The notes: generated by a model not told the origin, from the sequence alone. A DNA stretch of 60,476 bases from a virus (IMGVR_UViG_3300021437_000022:1-60476), one strand, 5' to 3'; shown: positions 17,618 to 28,051, counted from the first letter of the stretch. Made by a program: numbers and translations.

Positions 17618-18229
17618 ACACAGCCATGAAAGTATACCCAAACCCTGCCTCCACAGGGGATGAGGATTGGGAAGCGATGGAGAAGGCCACCAATCTGACG
17701 ATTGATGACGCCCTCACCTTGTGGTCGTACATTCCGGCAGGGAAGAACTTTGCGGAGGATGTGCATCGCTTCGGACTGGCCTGCATGATGATAGCGAAGT
17801 CGGAGGCCGCGAAATGAGTCAGCTCGACGATGACGCCGACAAATACTGGTCGGAATGCGATTGGGAGCGGCCGAAGTCGCTTCGGTGGGCAACGACTGCG
17901 GCGTGTAGCCTTTGCGGGGAAGACGGTCTTGTCTGGAGTTTGATCAAAGGGAGCTATCGGCTGACCACGGACGACGGCGATGTTCATGAGTGTGACTCCC
18001 TGGCCGTGGCCAAACGGGAATTTCAAGGAAAGGATGAATCATGACTGGCCCAACAAAGAAGTTATCAGAGCGTGTGAAGGAAATGGAGGAAGAGAACCTA
18101 GACTTGGTGTACGCCGTGGCCACACTCTCGAAAGTGGTGGTGGCGTATCGCACACGCTACCCCCTCACGCCCGATACTTCTCCCCGAAGACTTGGATTTG
18201 TACCTGAAGGGAAAAGTCGCGTTGCATGA
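17614..18229 (+). CDS. Three small coupled hypothetical ORFs (17614-17817, 17814-18044, 18041-18229)
   Basis: ATGA stop/start overlaps, RBS-like purine runs. Confidence 0.65.
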
Positions 18230-18259
18230 GTCGGATCATTTGATGAGGGAGTTTTTGAA

Positions 18260-18673
18260 ATGAGTGAGCCCGACGCGAAAAGCCAGCAATCGAAACAATG
18301 GCTCGATGCAATGAATACCACCGCGCAGCCGCCTATTCCGACGCTTTGGAAATGCTTGGGATGCGGTGAAACAGGTGATGGTGATCCGCCAATTTCGCAC
18401 GAATGCAAGCAACCCGCCGCGCCTGCTTTCTGCCGTGACGATGGGCGATGCCAGTACGCGATTGACCACGGCGCTGAAGGCATGGGTCATTGCCCCGATG
18501 GAAAGTGTGTGCAACCCGCCGCGCCTGACTGCGAAGTGATCTACACCGTGCCGGTCATGCGCGAGCTGAGTGATAGTGATCTTTACAAACTGTGGTTGGA
18601 GACAGCCGATTCAGGGGAGATGTTCCCGATCAAATACGCCCGCGCAGTTCTGGCGGCGGCGAGGCCGTCATGA
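18260..18673 (+). CDS. Cys-rich modular hypothetical protein (QPAAP linkers)
   Basis: CxxC modules separated by two QPAAP; C-terminal RELSD...AAAR module. Confidence 0.7.
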   Translation: MSEPDAKSQQSKQWLDAMNTTAQPPIPTLWKCLGCGETGDGDPPISHECKQPAAPAFCRDDGRCQYAIDHGAEGMGHCPDGKCVQPAAPDCEVIYTVPVMRELSDSDLYKLWLETADSGEMFPIKYARAVLAAARPS

Positions 18674-18870
18674 GAGACGCGAAGATCGAAGGTGATGCAC
18701 CCGCATTCCCGGTACCCAATCTTGCTGAGTCAGGCATGACGCTGCGCGATTATTTCGCGGCGCGAGTGATGACGCAAGTCAAGTGGGACGACCACTATTT
18801 CGAAGCTTGTGCTCGGCGGTGTTACGAGAAAGCCGACGCCATGTTGAAAGTACGAAAGGAAAAGCCATGA
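18670..18870 (+). CDS. Conserved phage protein (PAFP...GMTLRDYFAA family)
   Basis: Widespread motif GMTLRDYFAA...Y..ADAML..R. Confidence 0.8.
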   Translation: MRDAKIEGDAPAFPVPNLAESGMTLRDYFAARVMTQVKWDDHYFEACARRCYEKADAMLKVRKEKP

Positions 18871-19064
18871 CCAAAACAAGATGGTACCCCGGTAATGTGA
18901 GGCCGGTGCACCCCGGATTTTATGAGCGCATGGGGGGAGGTACCCATCCCGCCGCGTTCTTCGGCGGCGTCTGGTATTGGGAGGATAAGGATTGTTGGAA
19001 GTGTTCCTATTGGCAATCCCTCCCCTGGCGGGGAATTGTTCGTGAGGAGGAAAGCCATGATTGA
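18867..19064 (+). CDS. Small WYPG...PWRG protein, paralog of 20852-21067
   Basis: T.WYPG...PV..G.YER...LPWRG. Confidence 0.75.
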   Translation: MTKTRWYPGNVRPVHPGFYERMGGGTHPAAFFGGVWYWEDKDCWKCSYWQSLPWRGIVREEESHD

Positions 19065-19380
19065 CGAGCTGAAGCTTTTGATCGAAGCCATTGCCGGCCT
19101 GCCCCACCTTGCGATCTGGGTGGTTGTGATGTTGTTTGCCTACAAGGTCGTGTTCATCGGTTCGGTGTACGGCATCGTCCGCTACGCCATTGGAAAGCTG
19201 CATGAGTGCGTCGTCAAGCCCAAGCAATACATGATCGAAGACATCACGATCAACGCGACAGTGGCGAGGGAACTTCGGCAAGTGCTCCAGGGCCTCTCCT
19301 CTACACCATATGTCCATGCACATCATGTGGCTTGGCTTGAGGGCGCAATTGCGGAGAAGAAAGCGCGGGAGGCGAAATGA
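19057..19380 (+). CDS. Membrane-anchored hypothetical protein
   Basis: MIDELKLLIE..., hydrophobic N-terminal half, GAGGAGG RBS. Confidence 0.7.
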   Translation: MIDELKLLIEAIAGLPHLAIWVVVMLFAYKVVFIGSVYGIVRYAIGKLHECVVKPKQYMIEDITINATVARELRQVLQGLSSTPYVHAHHVAWLEGAIAEKKAREAK

Positions 19381-20057
19381 CCAGCGAGACAACAAGCTGC
19401 CCCGACTGCGGAAAGCAAGGCATCCACACATGTAGTCCGCAAGTGCAACCCGCCGCGCCCGTTGCCATTTGCCCGACTTGCGGTGAAGAGGATAGCGGAA
19501 CTTCATGTGGGCCGAACTGCGGATGGATTACAGGTGGGGATGATGAGGAGGGTGATGAGGAGGGTGATGATGGACCTGCTTTGCTCGGTGATCTTGCGTT
19601 GCCCGTTCTTAAAAACGCGCTGGGCGCCCTGCGAGATACCCTTTGCATTGCACACCCCAATTGCAACCCTGTCGAACATGATGTGAGTGGCTGGTATGCC
19701 GCAAAGGATGCGTTGGAGAACCTGCTGTACGAAATGACATTCGACGAGAGGTGTACGGACTACCACTGCGCCGGGGATTGTGGCCTGCGCGGTCACGACA
19801 TAGCAAAACCTCCCACGCATGCGGCATCCCTGACGGATGAGCGCATCCGGGAAATCTACGTATCAAGAACGTGGACTGAGTGGCTTGGATTTGCGCGAGA
19901 CATTGAGGCGGAAGTGTTGAAGCAAGCGCCTGCCCTGCGGGAGTTGAGCGACAAAGAAATTAGGGACATAGCAGAAGAAATTCAATACACACGAGAGTGG
20001 GATGATGTTGATATCGCCTTAGTTCGTGCCTGTATTGCCGCCGCGAGGTCAGCATGA
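19377..20057 (+). CDS. Cys-rich modular hypothetical protein
   Basis: CPDCG, QPAAP, CPTCG, acidic run, LTDE and RELSD modules. Confidence 0.7.
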   Translation: MTSETTSCPDCGKQGIHTCSPQVQPAAPVAICPTCGEEDSGTSCGPNCGWITGGDDEEGDEEGDDGPALLGDLALPVLKNALGALRDTLCIAHPNCNPVEHDVSGWYAAKDALENLLYEMTFDERCTDYHCAGDCGLRGHDIAKPPTHAASLTDERIREIYVSRTWTEWLGFARDIEAEVLKQAPALRELSDKEIRDIAEEIQYTREWDDVDIALVRACIAAARSA

Positions 20058-21306
20058 ACGAAGACCAATTGAAAACTGAACTAGTCCGTGCGTACCGCTG
20101 CATTCAAGGAATGCACCACGCGATAAATAAAGGTGGTCAATTCAATGAGACGTATCACGCGATGACGATTGCCGCAGCGAAGCGATACGTGTTTGAGGAC
20201 GACTTGAGCGGATCGGACTATTTCATTGGCAAGCCGGTTGAAGTGATGCATGCCGCACTGCGACTGCCTAAGAAAGATGGAGGTGAGGCATGAACACTGA
20301 CCGCGAGTTACTTGAGATGGCAGCGAAGGCTGCGGGATTGAAAAACCACCGACACTCAGCATGTGGAATGCGGGAAGAACGGGTTCACAGCGTGACTCAT
20401 TGTGGGTTTACTGGTCCAGATTGGAACCCGCTCACTGACGATGGCGACGCCTTCCGACTTTTGGTGAGGCTTGGAATTAGCCTTGAGAGTGATGCCAGAA
20501 TCGAAATGGACGGTGACGGAGATTACGAATCCGGTGTCGAAGCGTGGAAAGTAACAAATGAGATAACAGCGATTAAAGCCAAAGAAGTTTTCGGACGTGA
20601 TGCGTGTGCCACGACACGCCGCGCAGTAGTCAGAGTGGCCGCCGCCATCGGGGAGCAGATGCCATGACCGAACCGACTGACGTATGCCACTGGTTTCAAG
20701 ACGGCGATGAAGAGTCCGACTTGTGGGGCACAAGTTGCCGCAAGTATTTCAGATTGGGTGAAGGCACACCCGAGGATAACGAGTTCAAGTTTTGCTGCTT
20801 CTGCGGAAAGACTCTCATTGGTGAGCCGTACAAATTCGAGGACGAAGAAGAATGACCACTACTGACTGGTATCCCGGCACCACGAAGCCGGTGAGAGTTG
20901 GGGTGTACGAACGCACAACCCCTAGAGGATACCTACTGTGGAGCCGCTGGGACGGAAGGCATTGGCGCATTCATTGGTACGATTTTGACCTTGCAGCACG
21001 CGAAAAATTTTGCAGTGGATTTCAAGAGTTGCCGTGGCGCGGACTGACTGAAAAGGTGATGCCATGAGCGCCTCGACCACGCCTGAGACACTCAAAGCCC
21101 GCAAGCAACACTGCTGCACATGGTGTTATGAGCACATCGAGATTGGAAGACTTTACATGAGGTATCGCTACTTCGATCTTGGTGACGCAGGAACCGTGAA
21201 GATGCACCCGGAATGCATGTCGGCTATGGAGGACATGGCGGATGAAGAAGGTGGAAATATCGAATGGACGCCGGGAGAATTCGAGAGGCCAAAGGTGACC
21301 GCATGA
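20054..21306 (+). CDS. Five small coupled ORFs (20054-20293; 20290-20667 WNPLTDDGDA family; 20664-20855 Cys-rich; 20852-21067 WYPG paralog; 21064-21306 Cys-rich)
   Basis: Continuous ATGA overlaps. Confidence 0.7.
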
Positions 21307-21381
21307 TCATCAAGCTACTTGGTAAAAATTACGAGTAAGTGAGCACTCGACAAATGCTCACACTATTGGAGATAAAACCCG

Positions 21382-22382
21382 ATGAATACCTCAATCAACA
21401 ATGCAATCAAATTGCTGGCGGAAAAGATCGTCAACGAGACCAAAGCCGATGACGCGCTCAAATATACGCAGGCGGCGCTGAACCTCGCTCATGTGCTGCA
21501 GGTCTTTGCCCAGACGGAAAACACGAAAGGGAAGCAATGACCATCCCATTACCGCCCCTAGTAACTGGACGAAACCCCGAGCATTTAGGTGCTGCTGTGA
21601 AAGCCTACGGCGACGCACGAGCCGCAGAGGCGCTGGACGTGGACAAGGAAAAGATTATCGAGATACTGGACACGCATTTTGCCTGCGTTGACGACGCATA
21701 CATCGGACGTGCCGCTGATGCGATTGTGGCACTACTGAAAGGAACGACATGAGCACGAATCAGGAAATCGTTGTTGAAAAAGCGCTTCGCAAAGCCTTCA
21801 ATGAGGGTCAGCGTTACTGGCAAGACGCAGACAGGGACTCGTATAAAGCACATGACCGCGCTGCAATTACGCGACAACGCTTTGAGGCAAGCATCAAGGC
21901 CACCCTTGAAATGCTGAAGGTGAACGCATGAAGCCGGCAGTAGTTTGGCAGCCATCCCTTTGGGAATGGCATCGATTCAAGGCCAATGCAGAGGACTACC
22001 GGCCTGTGAAATCTCCACCGCCGGGGCCGTACTGGTGCACGGGAGAGGGGGAGGACTACAGCATTATCGTTGCGTACCTGCCTGCCGGAGAGACGGTAAC
22101 GGACTGGTGGCCGGAAGCAAGAGACATCGACAGTGAGCCAGTGGACAGAATTCGCTACTCCGATCGCATGCCTCGCCCCGATTGGTGGACGGGTGAATAG
22201 TCAATGAAAGGAACGACATGTCTGACAACGAAGCAAGGCTGCTGTGGGCTATCGCTCAGATGATCGATCTCGATAACTACCGTGCAGACATGGGGCAAGG
22301 TGATGGCGCTCGATTGAACGCGTTCCGTGCGGCATGTGCCGTACTGATCGCGGGCTACGATTTTGAGGAGCAAGAGAAATGA
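21382..22382 (+). CDS. Five small ORFs (21382-21540, 21537-21752, 21749-21931, 21928-22200, 22218-22382)
   Basis: ATGA overlaps; GGAGA and TGAAAGGAA RBS; first and last are <60 aa and absent from the ORF track. Confidence 0.65.
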
Positions 22383-22690
22383 ACATTGAAGAAGTGAAGC
22401 AAGCTAGTGCGGTGATGCAGGCGTTTGCGGAGGGGAAGAAGATTGAGTACAAAGCACGGGATTATACGACCCTTGCCCCGTGGTCACCTAATGATCGTCC
22501 TGTCTGGAACTGGGTCGCCTTTGAATATCGCGTCAAGCGTGAGGTCGTGAAATATCGCATGGCGCTGATGCAAAACAGCGAGGGCGCCTATTGGGTCGGA
22601 GTCGCTAATAGTGTCGCTCAAGCGGAAAATTATGAATCTCACAATCGATTCGTCCGCTGGCTGACGGATTGGCAAGAGGTGAACGCATGA
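22379..22690 (+). CDS. Hypothetical protein, tandem paralog A
   Basis: MNIEEVKQA.AVMQA...WNW...YRVK...F.RWLTDWQEV. Confidence 0.8.
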   Translation: MNIEEVKQASAVMQAFAEGKKIEYKARDYTTLAPWSPNDRPVWNWVAFEYRVKREVVKYRMALMQNSEGAYWVGVANSVAQAENYESHNRFVRWLTDWQEVNA

Positions 22691-22980
22691 ACATCGAAGA
22701 AACGAAGCAAGCCATTGCAGTGATGCAGGCCGCATTGGATGGGAAAAAGATCGAGGCGCGGATAGGCCAAGCGCCATGGGTCGAAGTGAGGGACCCAATA
22801 TGGAATTTCCACAATGCGCAGTACCGCGTCAAGCCCGAAGTCGTGCGGTATCGCGTGGCGCTGATGCAGCCGGATAGCGGGCGGTTTTACACCGCAATCA
22901 CAGAAGACACAGGCCCGCGATTGGAAGAATCACGTTATTTCATCCGCTGGCTGACGGACTGGCAAGAGGTGAGCGCATGA
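22687..22980 (+). CDS. Hypothetical protein, tandem paralog B
   Basis: MNIEETKQA.AVMQA...WNF...YRVK...F.RWLTDWQEV. Confidence 0.8.
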   Translation: MNIEETKQAIAVMQAALDGKKIEARIGQAPWVEVRDPIWNFHNAQYRVKPEVVRYRVALMQPDSGRFYTAITEDTGPRLEESRYFIRWLTDWQEVSA

Positions 22981-24391
22981 ACGAAGAACACATCACAATC
23001 CCTCGGAGATATTTTGCCAAGCTTGAAGCGCTCCACACATACATCAGGGAACTCGAAACGGAATGCCTTCAATTGAGCGGATTGCAAGTAGCCGCTGACA
23101 AAGCCGCAGCGGAGTACGAGCAAGACGCAATGCGGTATCGGTGGGCTATCGAGAATATAAGAACCGGGAGCGTTGGCTTCGGTGCTTTTATCCTTTGCGC
23201 CGATGATCCGAAAAGGATGTGGGACATCACAATCGATGAGGCAATGAAATCATGAGTGACACGGAAAACGAAAAGCTTCAGACCAAGATCACGCGTCTGC
23301 GAAAAGCGCTGCAGTTTTACGCCGACCCACAACTGTACCGTGGCCGAGTGGTCAACGATGGCGGTGGCTATTACGACATGGTGGGCTTCGACATCTTGAG
23401 CGATGAAGGGAAGCGGGCGAAACGCACGCTGGCGGTGACACAGAAATGAAAACGATCATCCATGTGAACCAACACGTCATCAAGAAAAACCGATTGACGG
23501 GGGCGAGAGAACCAGTGCTCACAGTCAAGACGTACAAGAACAACACCTACGCCCATGACGTTGAGATATTGGGGCCGAGCAAAGTGGTGTATTCACCAGA
23601 CAAACCGCTTTCCTGTGGAGCCCACGTTTGGATTGAAACGGAGTCGAGAGTAGTTTTGAGGGGAGAGGTATGACCAAACATTGCGAGACTTGTCAGAACG
23701 GGGAGCCCATCCCGGACAGTTGGTACATCAACCCCTCTTCAGAGCGTGCCGCAAGAATCGGGAAGGGCGGGTGGTGCACAAGCAAAAAAATTCAAGAAGA
23801 CTTGCACTACGAAGAAGACAGTCTCCAGTATTCGTATTCTGAAGGGGGTCGATTCTGGGTAGGCCCAAAGTTTGGGTGCGTGAATCACCAGGAGATGGAA
23901 CAGTGAACCTCTTGATTGGGCTGATCCTGTTGTCCTGCATTCCTGTGGCGGTGCTGATCGGTGGCGCGATCCTGGTCGGCATCATTCTCATTGACGCGCG
24001 TGAAGGGGATGAAGATGTTTGATCTTTTTTGGACCGGTGTTGTTCTCGGGGTGGGGTTGGCTTCCGCAGCTATCACTGCCACGGCGTGGTTGGTGCTATG
24101 GCTCGACAATCGCAAGATGGATAAAGCCATCGAAGAATCGACGTGGAGGAAATGATCATGCGACCGATATTTATTCCGCTTCATGCGTCTGGAGTGGATG
24201 ATTCAAAACCTCCCGCGGTAGTTTGGGTGAACGTAGAGCACATCGTGGTCATGGAGCGCGACAAAGAGATGGGCAGAACGATGATGGTCCTGAGCAACGG
24301 TATCGAGGAGTGTGTGATCGAGCATCCCGAGGACATCCGCGCAATGGTCTGTTCCTGCGCCAACGCTGCAGAAGCAATCCGATACAAATAA
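22977..24391 (+). CDS. Run of small ORFs (22977-23255, 23252-23449, 23446-23673, 23670-23906, 24015-24155, 24152-24391)
   Basis: ATGA-coupled ORFs with RBS; functions not recognised. Confidence 0.65.
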
Positions 24392-24468
24392 TCTCGTGCA
24401 AAGCGTACCTCCTCCAGGTACGCTTTGCCTCAGATTCATCACTCCCCAATTTTCAAGAGAGACAGACC

Positions 24469-25032
24469 ATGCAATTGACCGTGAACGGCTACGAATCAGC
24501 CGAGGTGTACCGCGAAATCGCGTCCTTCCTGCAGGCCATGGCCCGGATAAAGGAAGATGATGAGCAAATCCAGACATACCAAATGAAGCTGTCCCAGCGG
24601 GAAGATCGACAGGAGCATCCGCTTGACGCGGGCGCTGGTTCCGGCGAACAGATCGTAGCGGCTCACCAGACGAGCCAGGGGCTGACCAAGAAGCGCACCC
24701 GCAAGACCCCGCCGGTTGAGGCGACAACGGAGCCCACGCCCGAGCCGATCGCCGGAGAACTCCCGCCTTCCGAAGACAAGACGGAAGCCCCGTTCGACGG
24801 TGGGATAGAAGTTGCGGACGCGCCGGCGGCAGATATCTCGGCGCCCACGGTGAGTCTTGAACAGGTGCGCGCCGTCCTGGTGAAGTTGAGTCAGGCCGGA
24901 CATGCCGAGCGCAGTAAGGCGCTGATCCGCGGATACGGGGTGAATAGCCTGAGCGAACTGGCCGGGAACAACACCGCCCTTGCGCAGTTGTACGAGCGCG
25001 CCAACAAGGAACTGGAGAGCCCGAATGAGTGA
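24469..25032 (+). CDS. Conserved protein of DUF2800/DUF2815/PolA modules
   Basis: Pro/Glu-rich linker then VSLEQVRAVL...KALI..YG...LSEL C-terminal domain. Confidence 0.7.
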   Translation: MQLTVNGYESAEVYREIASFLQAMARIKEDDEQIQTYQMKLSQREDRQEHPLDAGAGSGEQIVAAHQTSQGLTKKRTRKTPPVEATTEPTPEPIAGELPPSEDKTEAPFDGGIEVADAPAADISAPTVSLEQVRAVLVKLSQAGHAERSKALIRGYGVNSLSELAGNNTALAQLYERANKELESPNE

Positions 25033-25601
25033 GATCGCCTTCATTGTACGCGACGCCACCGGAGAGAATGGCGAGGCGTTGTGCGAGTACGAGCTGCGCG
25101 TCAACAACGACCAGCAAGGTTACGACCCGGAGAGCCCTGCATCGTGCGTGGGGGCGTACCTTTCCGCCTTTGCAAACTCCGGTCAGCTCGGTGTCATGGC
25201 GCTGCAGGTGAGCCAGAAATACCATGAAGCCAAGCGCAAGGCGGAGGAAGAGAAGACGATAGTCGAGTCTTCGGCAAAGGTGATCGGCATTGACGGAAAG
25301 CCTCTCTCTGCGGAAGCCGCAAATGAAACTTGAGCTGCTCGAACGGGGGAGTATTTACATTCTCCCCTCCAAGAATCCGGCGCAGTTTCAAGGGCGCACG
25401 GAGCTGGCGATCGACCCGAAGGCCGAGGATTTCTATCTCCGAAACCACACCTCCGCTTTTTTTCCGGAGTCTCAGACTGTTCTGGTATTCCGCTACGTCG
25501 ATATCAAGACCCGGATGTTGACCAAGAACGAGGTGCACTTCACCTTGGCCGGGTTCAAGTTGATCGAACATAACGTGACGCAAGGCTACCTCTATGATTG
25601 A
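25025..25601 (+). CDS. Two hypothetical ORFs (25025-25333, 25323-25601)
   Basis: Overlapping starts and stops within the replication operon. Confidence 0.65.
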
Positions 25602-26766
25602 AATTTTCAGAGACCCATCAGCCCCTCGTGCTCACGCCATCCTCAGCGCCAGCGGGTCGGCAATGTGGCTGAATTGTCCGCCCTCTGCCCGGCTCAATGA
25701 GTTTGAGCCGGACCAGGAATCGGTGTACAGCAAAGAGGGCACCGATGCGCACGATATCGCGTCGCGGTGGCTCAATGATTGGTTGCAGCGTGAACTGGTG
25801 GATTGCTGGACGGAGGAAGAAATCAAGGTGATCGAGCAACTGCAGCCGTACCTCGATCTCTGTCTTGAACGCATCACTGCGGCGTACGCGCGGTGCACTG
25901 ATCCCGTCATCTACGTCGAGATCAAGCTGGACTATAGCCGGTTTGTCCCGGAGGGTTTTGGGACGCTGGACCTGGGGATCATCACGGACGGTGTGGCGGA
26001 AATCGTGGACCTGAAGTATGGGAAGGGGGAGCCGGTCGAGACCCAAGGAAATACACAGTTGAAGCTCTACGCCCTGGGCCTTTGCGAGGAATTCAATCAC
26101 CTGTACGGCATCAAACAGGTGACGTATTACATCAGCCAACCCCGGCTATTCGAGGATGTGTTGCCGGAAACATTGGACGTTGCAAATCTTTACCAATGGG
26201 CTGAAGAGGTAGTGAAGCCGGCTGCTACACTGGCTTGGTCAGGTGGAGGAAAATTCAACCCGAGTCGCAAGACCTGTCGGTGGTGCAAAGTCGCACCGCG
26301 GTGCAGGGCCAACGCTGAGTATCACATGGCACTGGCAAAGCACGAGGCCAAAAGCCCCGATCTTTTGAGCGATGAAGAAATCTCGGAAGTGCTTTCAAAA
26401 GCAGATAGCATCAAGTTATGGGCGGGCAAGGTCGAATCGTACGCCCAATTGAGGGCCGAGCGAGGGCATGCAATACCGGGATGGAAGTTGGTGGAAGGTC
26501 GTAGTAACCGGTACTTGACGGACCCGGAAGCCGTGGCGAAGTTGCTCATTGCGGAAGGGATTGCAGAAGAGGTGCTGTACGAGCGCAGCATGCTTGGGTT
26601 GACGGCACTTGAAGGTGTAGTAGGCAAGAAGACATTCGGGGAATTGGCGAAGGCGTATATCGCCAAGCCGAAAGGGAAACCGACGTTGGTCCCCGAGAGT
26701 GACAAGAGAGCGGTGTACGCGTTCGAGGCCATGTCGGCCAAGGACGAATTCAAAAGTGAACCCTGA
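25594..26766 (+). CDS. DUF2800 PD-(D/E)xK (Cas4-like) exonuclease
   Basis: HAILSAS..WLNCPPS, EGT.AH, FGTLD, DLKYGKG, QL.LYALG, CRWCK...CRA. Confidence 0.9.
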   Translation: MIEIFRDPSAPRAHAILSASGSAMWLNCPPSARLNEFEPDQESVYSKEGTDAHDIASRWLNDWLQRELVDCWTEEEIKVIEQLQPYLDLCLERITAAYARCTDPVIYVEIKLDYSRFVPEGFGTLDLGIITDGVAEIVDLKYGKGEPVETQGNTQLKLYALGLCEEFNHLYGIKQVTYYISQPRLFEDVLPETLDVANLYQWAEEVVKPAATLAWSGGGKFNPSRKTCRWCKVAPRCRANAEYHMALAKHEAKSPDLLSDEEISEVLSKADSIKLWAGKVESYAQLRAERGHAIPGWKLVEGRSNRYLTDPEAVAKLLIAEGIAEEVLYERSMLGLTALEGVVGKKTFGELAKAYIAKPKGKPTLVPESDKRAVYAFEAMSAKDEFKSEP

Positions 26767-26783
26767 TTGGCTAGGAGCCAGAA

Positions 26784-27344
26784 ATGACTGAAGCAAAACT
26801 GAACACGAAGTTCATCACCAAGTCGTGCCGTCTGTCGTACTTGAGTTTGTTGAACCCGCGCAAGACCGACGATGGCAAGGAAGCGTATCAGTGCACGGTG
26901 CTGATCCCGAAGACGGACAAGGACAGCGTCGCCAAGATCAAGGAACTGATCGAGAACGCCAAGAAGAAGGATGCCGGCAAGCTGGCTACCGGTTCTGGCG
27001 CGATCAAGAGTCCTTTGCTTGATGGCGACAAGAAGGACGAGGAGGGCGCGTTCCACTACAAGGATGAGAACGTTCGCGGCCACTACTTCCTTCGCACTGC
27101 CAGCACGACCCGCAAGCCTGAGATTGTCGATCTTCAACTGGAGCCGATCATCAGCCCTTCCGAGGTCTACAGCGGCATGTGGGGTCAGGTGAGCATCAAC
27201 TTCTACGGTTGGGCGAGCAAGACCGGCCGAGGTATTGCCGCAGGCCTGGGCAATGTACGCAAAACCAAGGACGACGAATCGTTTGCCGGTGGCGCGCGCG
27301 CTGCCGATGAGTTCTCCGCCGTGGATGACGACTTCTTGTCGTGA
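26784..27344 (+). CDS. DUF2815 single-stranded DNA-binding protein
   Basis: RLSY, LIPK.D, PL.DGD, YSG, GIAAGLGNV, acidic tail DDDFLS. Confidence 0.9.
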   Translation: MTEAKLNTKFITKSCRLSYLSLLNPRKTDDGKEAYQCTVLIPKTDKDSVAKIKELIENAKKKDAGKLATGSGAIKSPLLDGDKKDEEGAFHYKDENVRGHYFLRTASTTRKPEIVDLQLEPIISPSEVYSGMWGQVSINFYGWASKTGRGIAAGLGNVRKTKDDESFAGGARAADEFSAVDDDFLS

Positions 27345-27352
27345 TCTTTAAT

Positions 27353-27390
27353 AGCCGCGGGTCTTGTTCAAGACTCGTGGCTTTTTCTTT
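27353..27390 (+). terminator. Rho-independent terminator after SSB
   Basis: AGCCGCGGGTCTTG/CAAGACTCGTGGCT stem plus TTTTCTTT. Confidence 0.75.
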
Positions 27391-27408
27391 AACATGAGGA
27401 GTAGTGCA

Positions 27409-27642
27409 ATGCCCGCCCCAGTTTTCACCCTTTCCGACTTGAGCCAGGACGATGCGAATCTTCTGATCTTCGCGCTTGAGAACGCCCCGCTCAGTATCGC
27501 GAAGGGCACACCGTTGCTCGCCAAGGTCGTGAACGACTTGAAGGTCCAAGCCGACAAGATCAATGCCGCGAACAAGCCTTCCCCCGAACCCGCTCCTCCG
27601 GTAGCCGAAGTCGCGCTTCCTGAGATCGCCACTCCGGAGTAA
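27409..27642 (+). CDS. Hypothetical protein
   Basis: GAGGAG RBS, MPAPVFTLS... Confidence 0.7.
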   Translation: MPAPVFTLSDLSQDDANLLIFALENAPLSIAKGTPLLAKVVNDLKVQADKINAANKPSPEPAPPVAEVALPEIATPE

Positions 27643-27646
27643 CTCC

Positions 27647-28051
27647 ATGAAGACCTTTCTTGCCGCTGTTCTGCTGGGCTTGGTTGCCGCCGTCGCATTC
27701 GCACAGGCCCCCGACACCACGATCCGGTCGGAAGACAAGACCGTGGAGATCGTGATCATTCCGAAGTCGTTCACCTACTTCGCGGAGTCGAAGTGGAAAC
27801 AGGTGGAAGGCCAGATCATCCTGATCAACACCGGCATGAAAGGTCAATTCAAGGTCGAGGTTGGTGGGTGTTACGCCGGCACAGGCCACATGACGCTCAC
27901 GGGGGAGGACGGGAAGCAGCAGGGCCAGGGCACGTGGCGCATGGGCGACAACCACTTGTACTCCGTGCTGGCCATGAACTTCTGTCAGCACTTCCTGCAA
28001 TTCATTGCGCCGCCTGAGACCAAGACTCCACAAGGGGCGCATCAGACATGA
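27647..28051 (+). CDS. Secreted/periplasmic protein
   Basis: Sec signal MKTFLAAVLLGLVAAVAFA|Q; two Cys. Confidence 0.75.
   Translation: MKTFLAAVLLGLVAAVAFAQAPDTTIRSEDKTVEIVIIPKSFTYFAESKWKQVEGQIILINTGMKGQFKVEVGGCYAGTGHMTLTGEDGKQQGQGTWRMGDNHLYSVLAMNFCQHFLQFIAPPETKTPQGAHQT

Noticed and set aside
19541-19570. 12-bp tandem repeat TGATGAGGAGGG
   Set aside because: Only two copies encoding an acidic linker; too short to indicate a contingency locus.
25594-26766. Cas4-like gene as part of a CRISPR-Cas system
   Set aside because: It sits in the standard DUF2800-DUF2815-PolA replication module; no array or other cas genes were seen.
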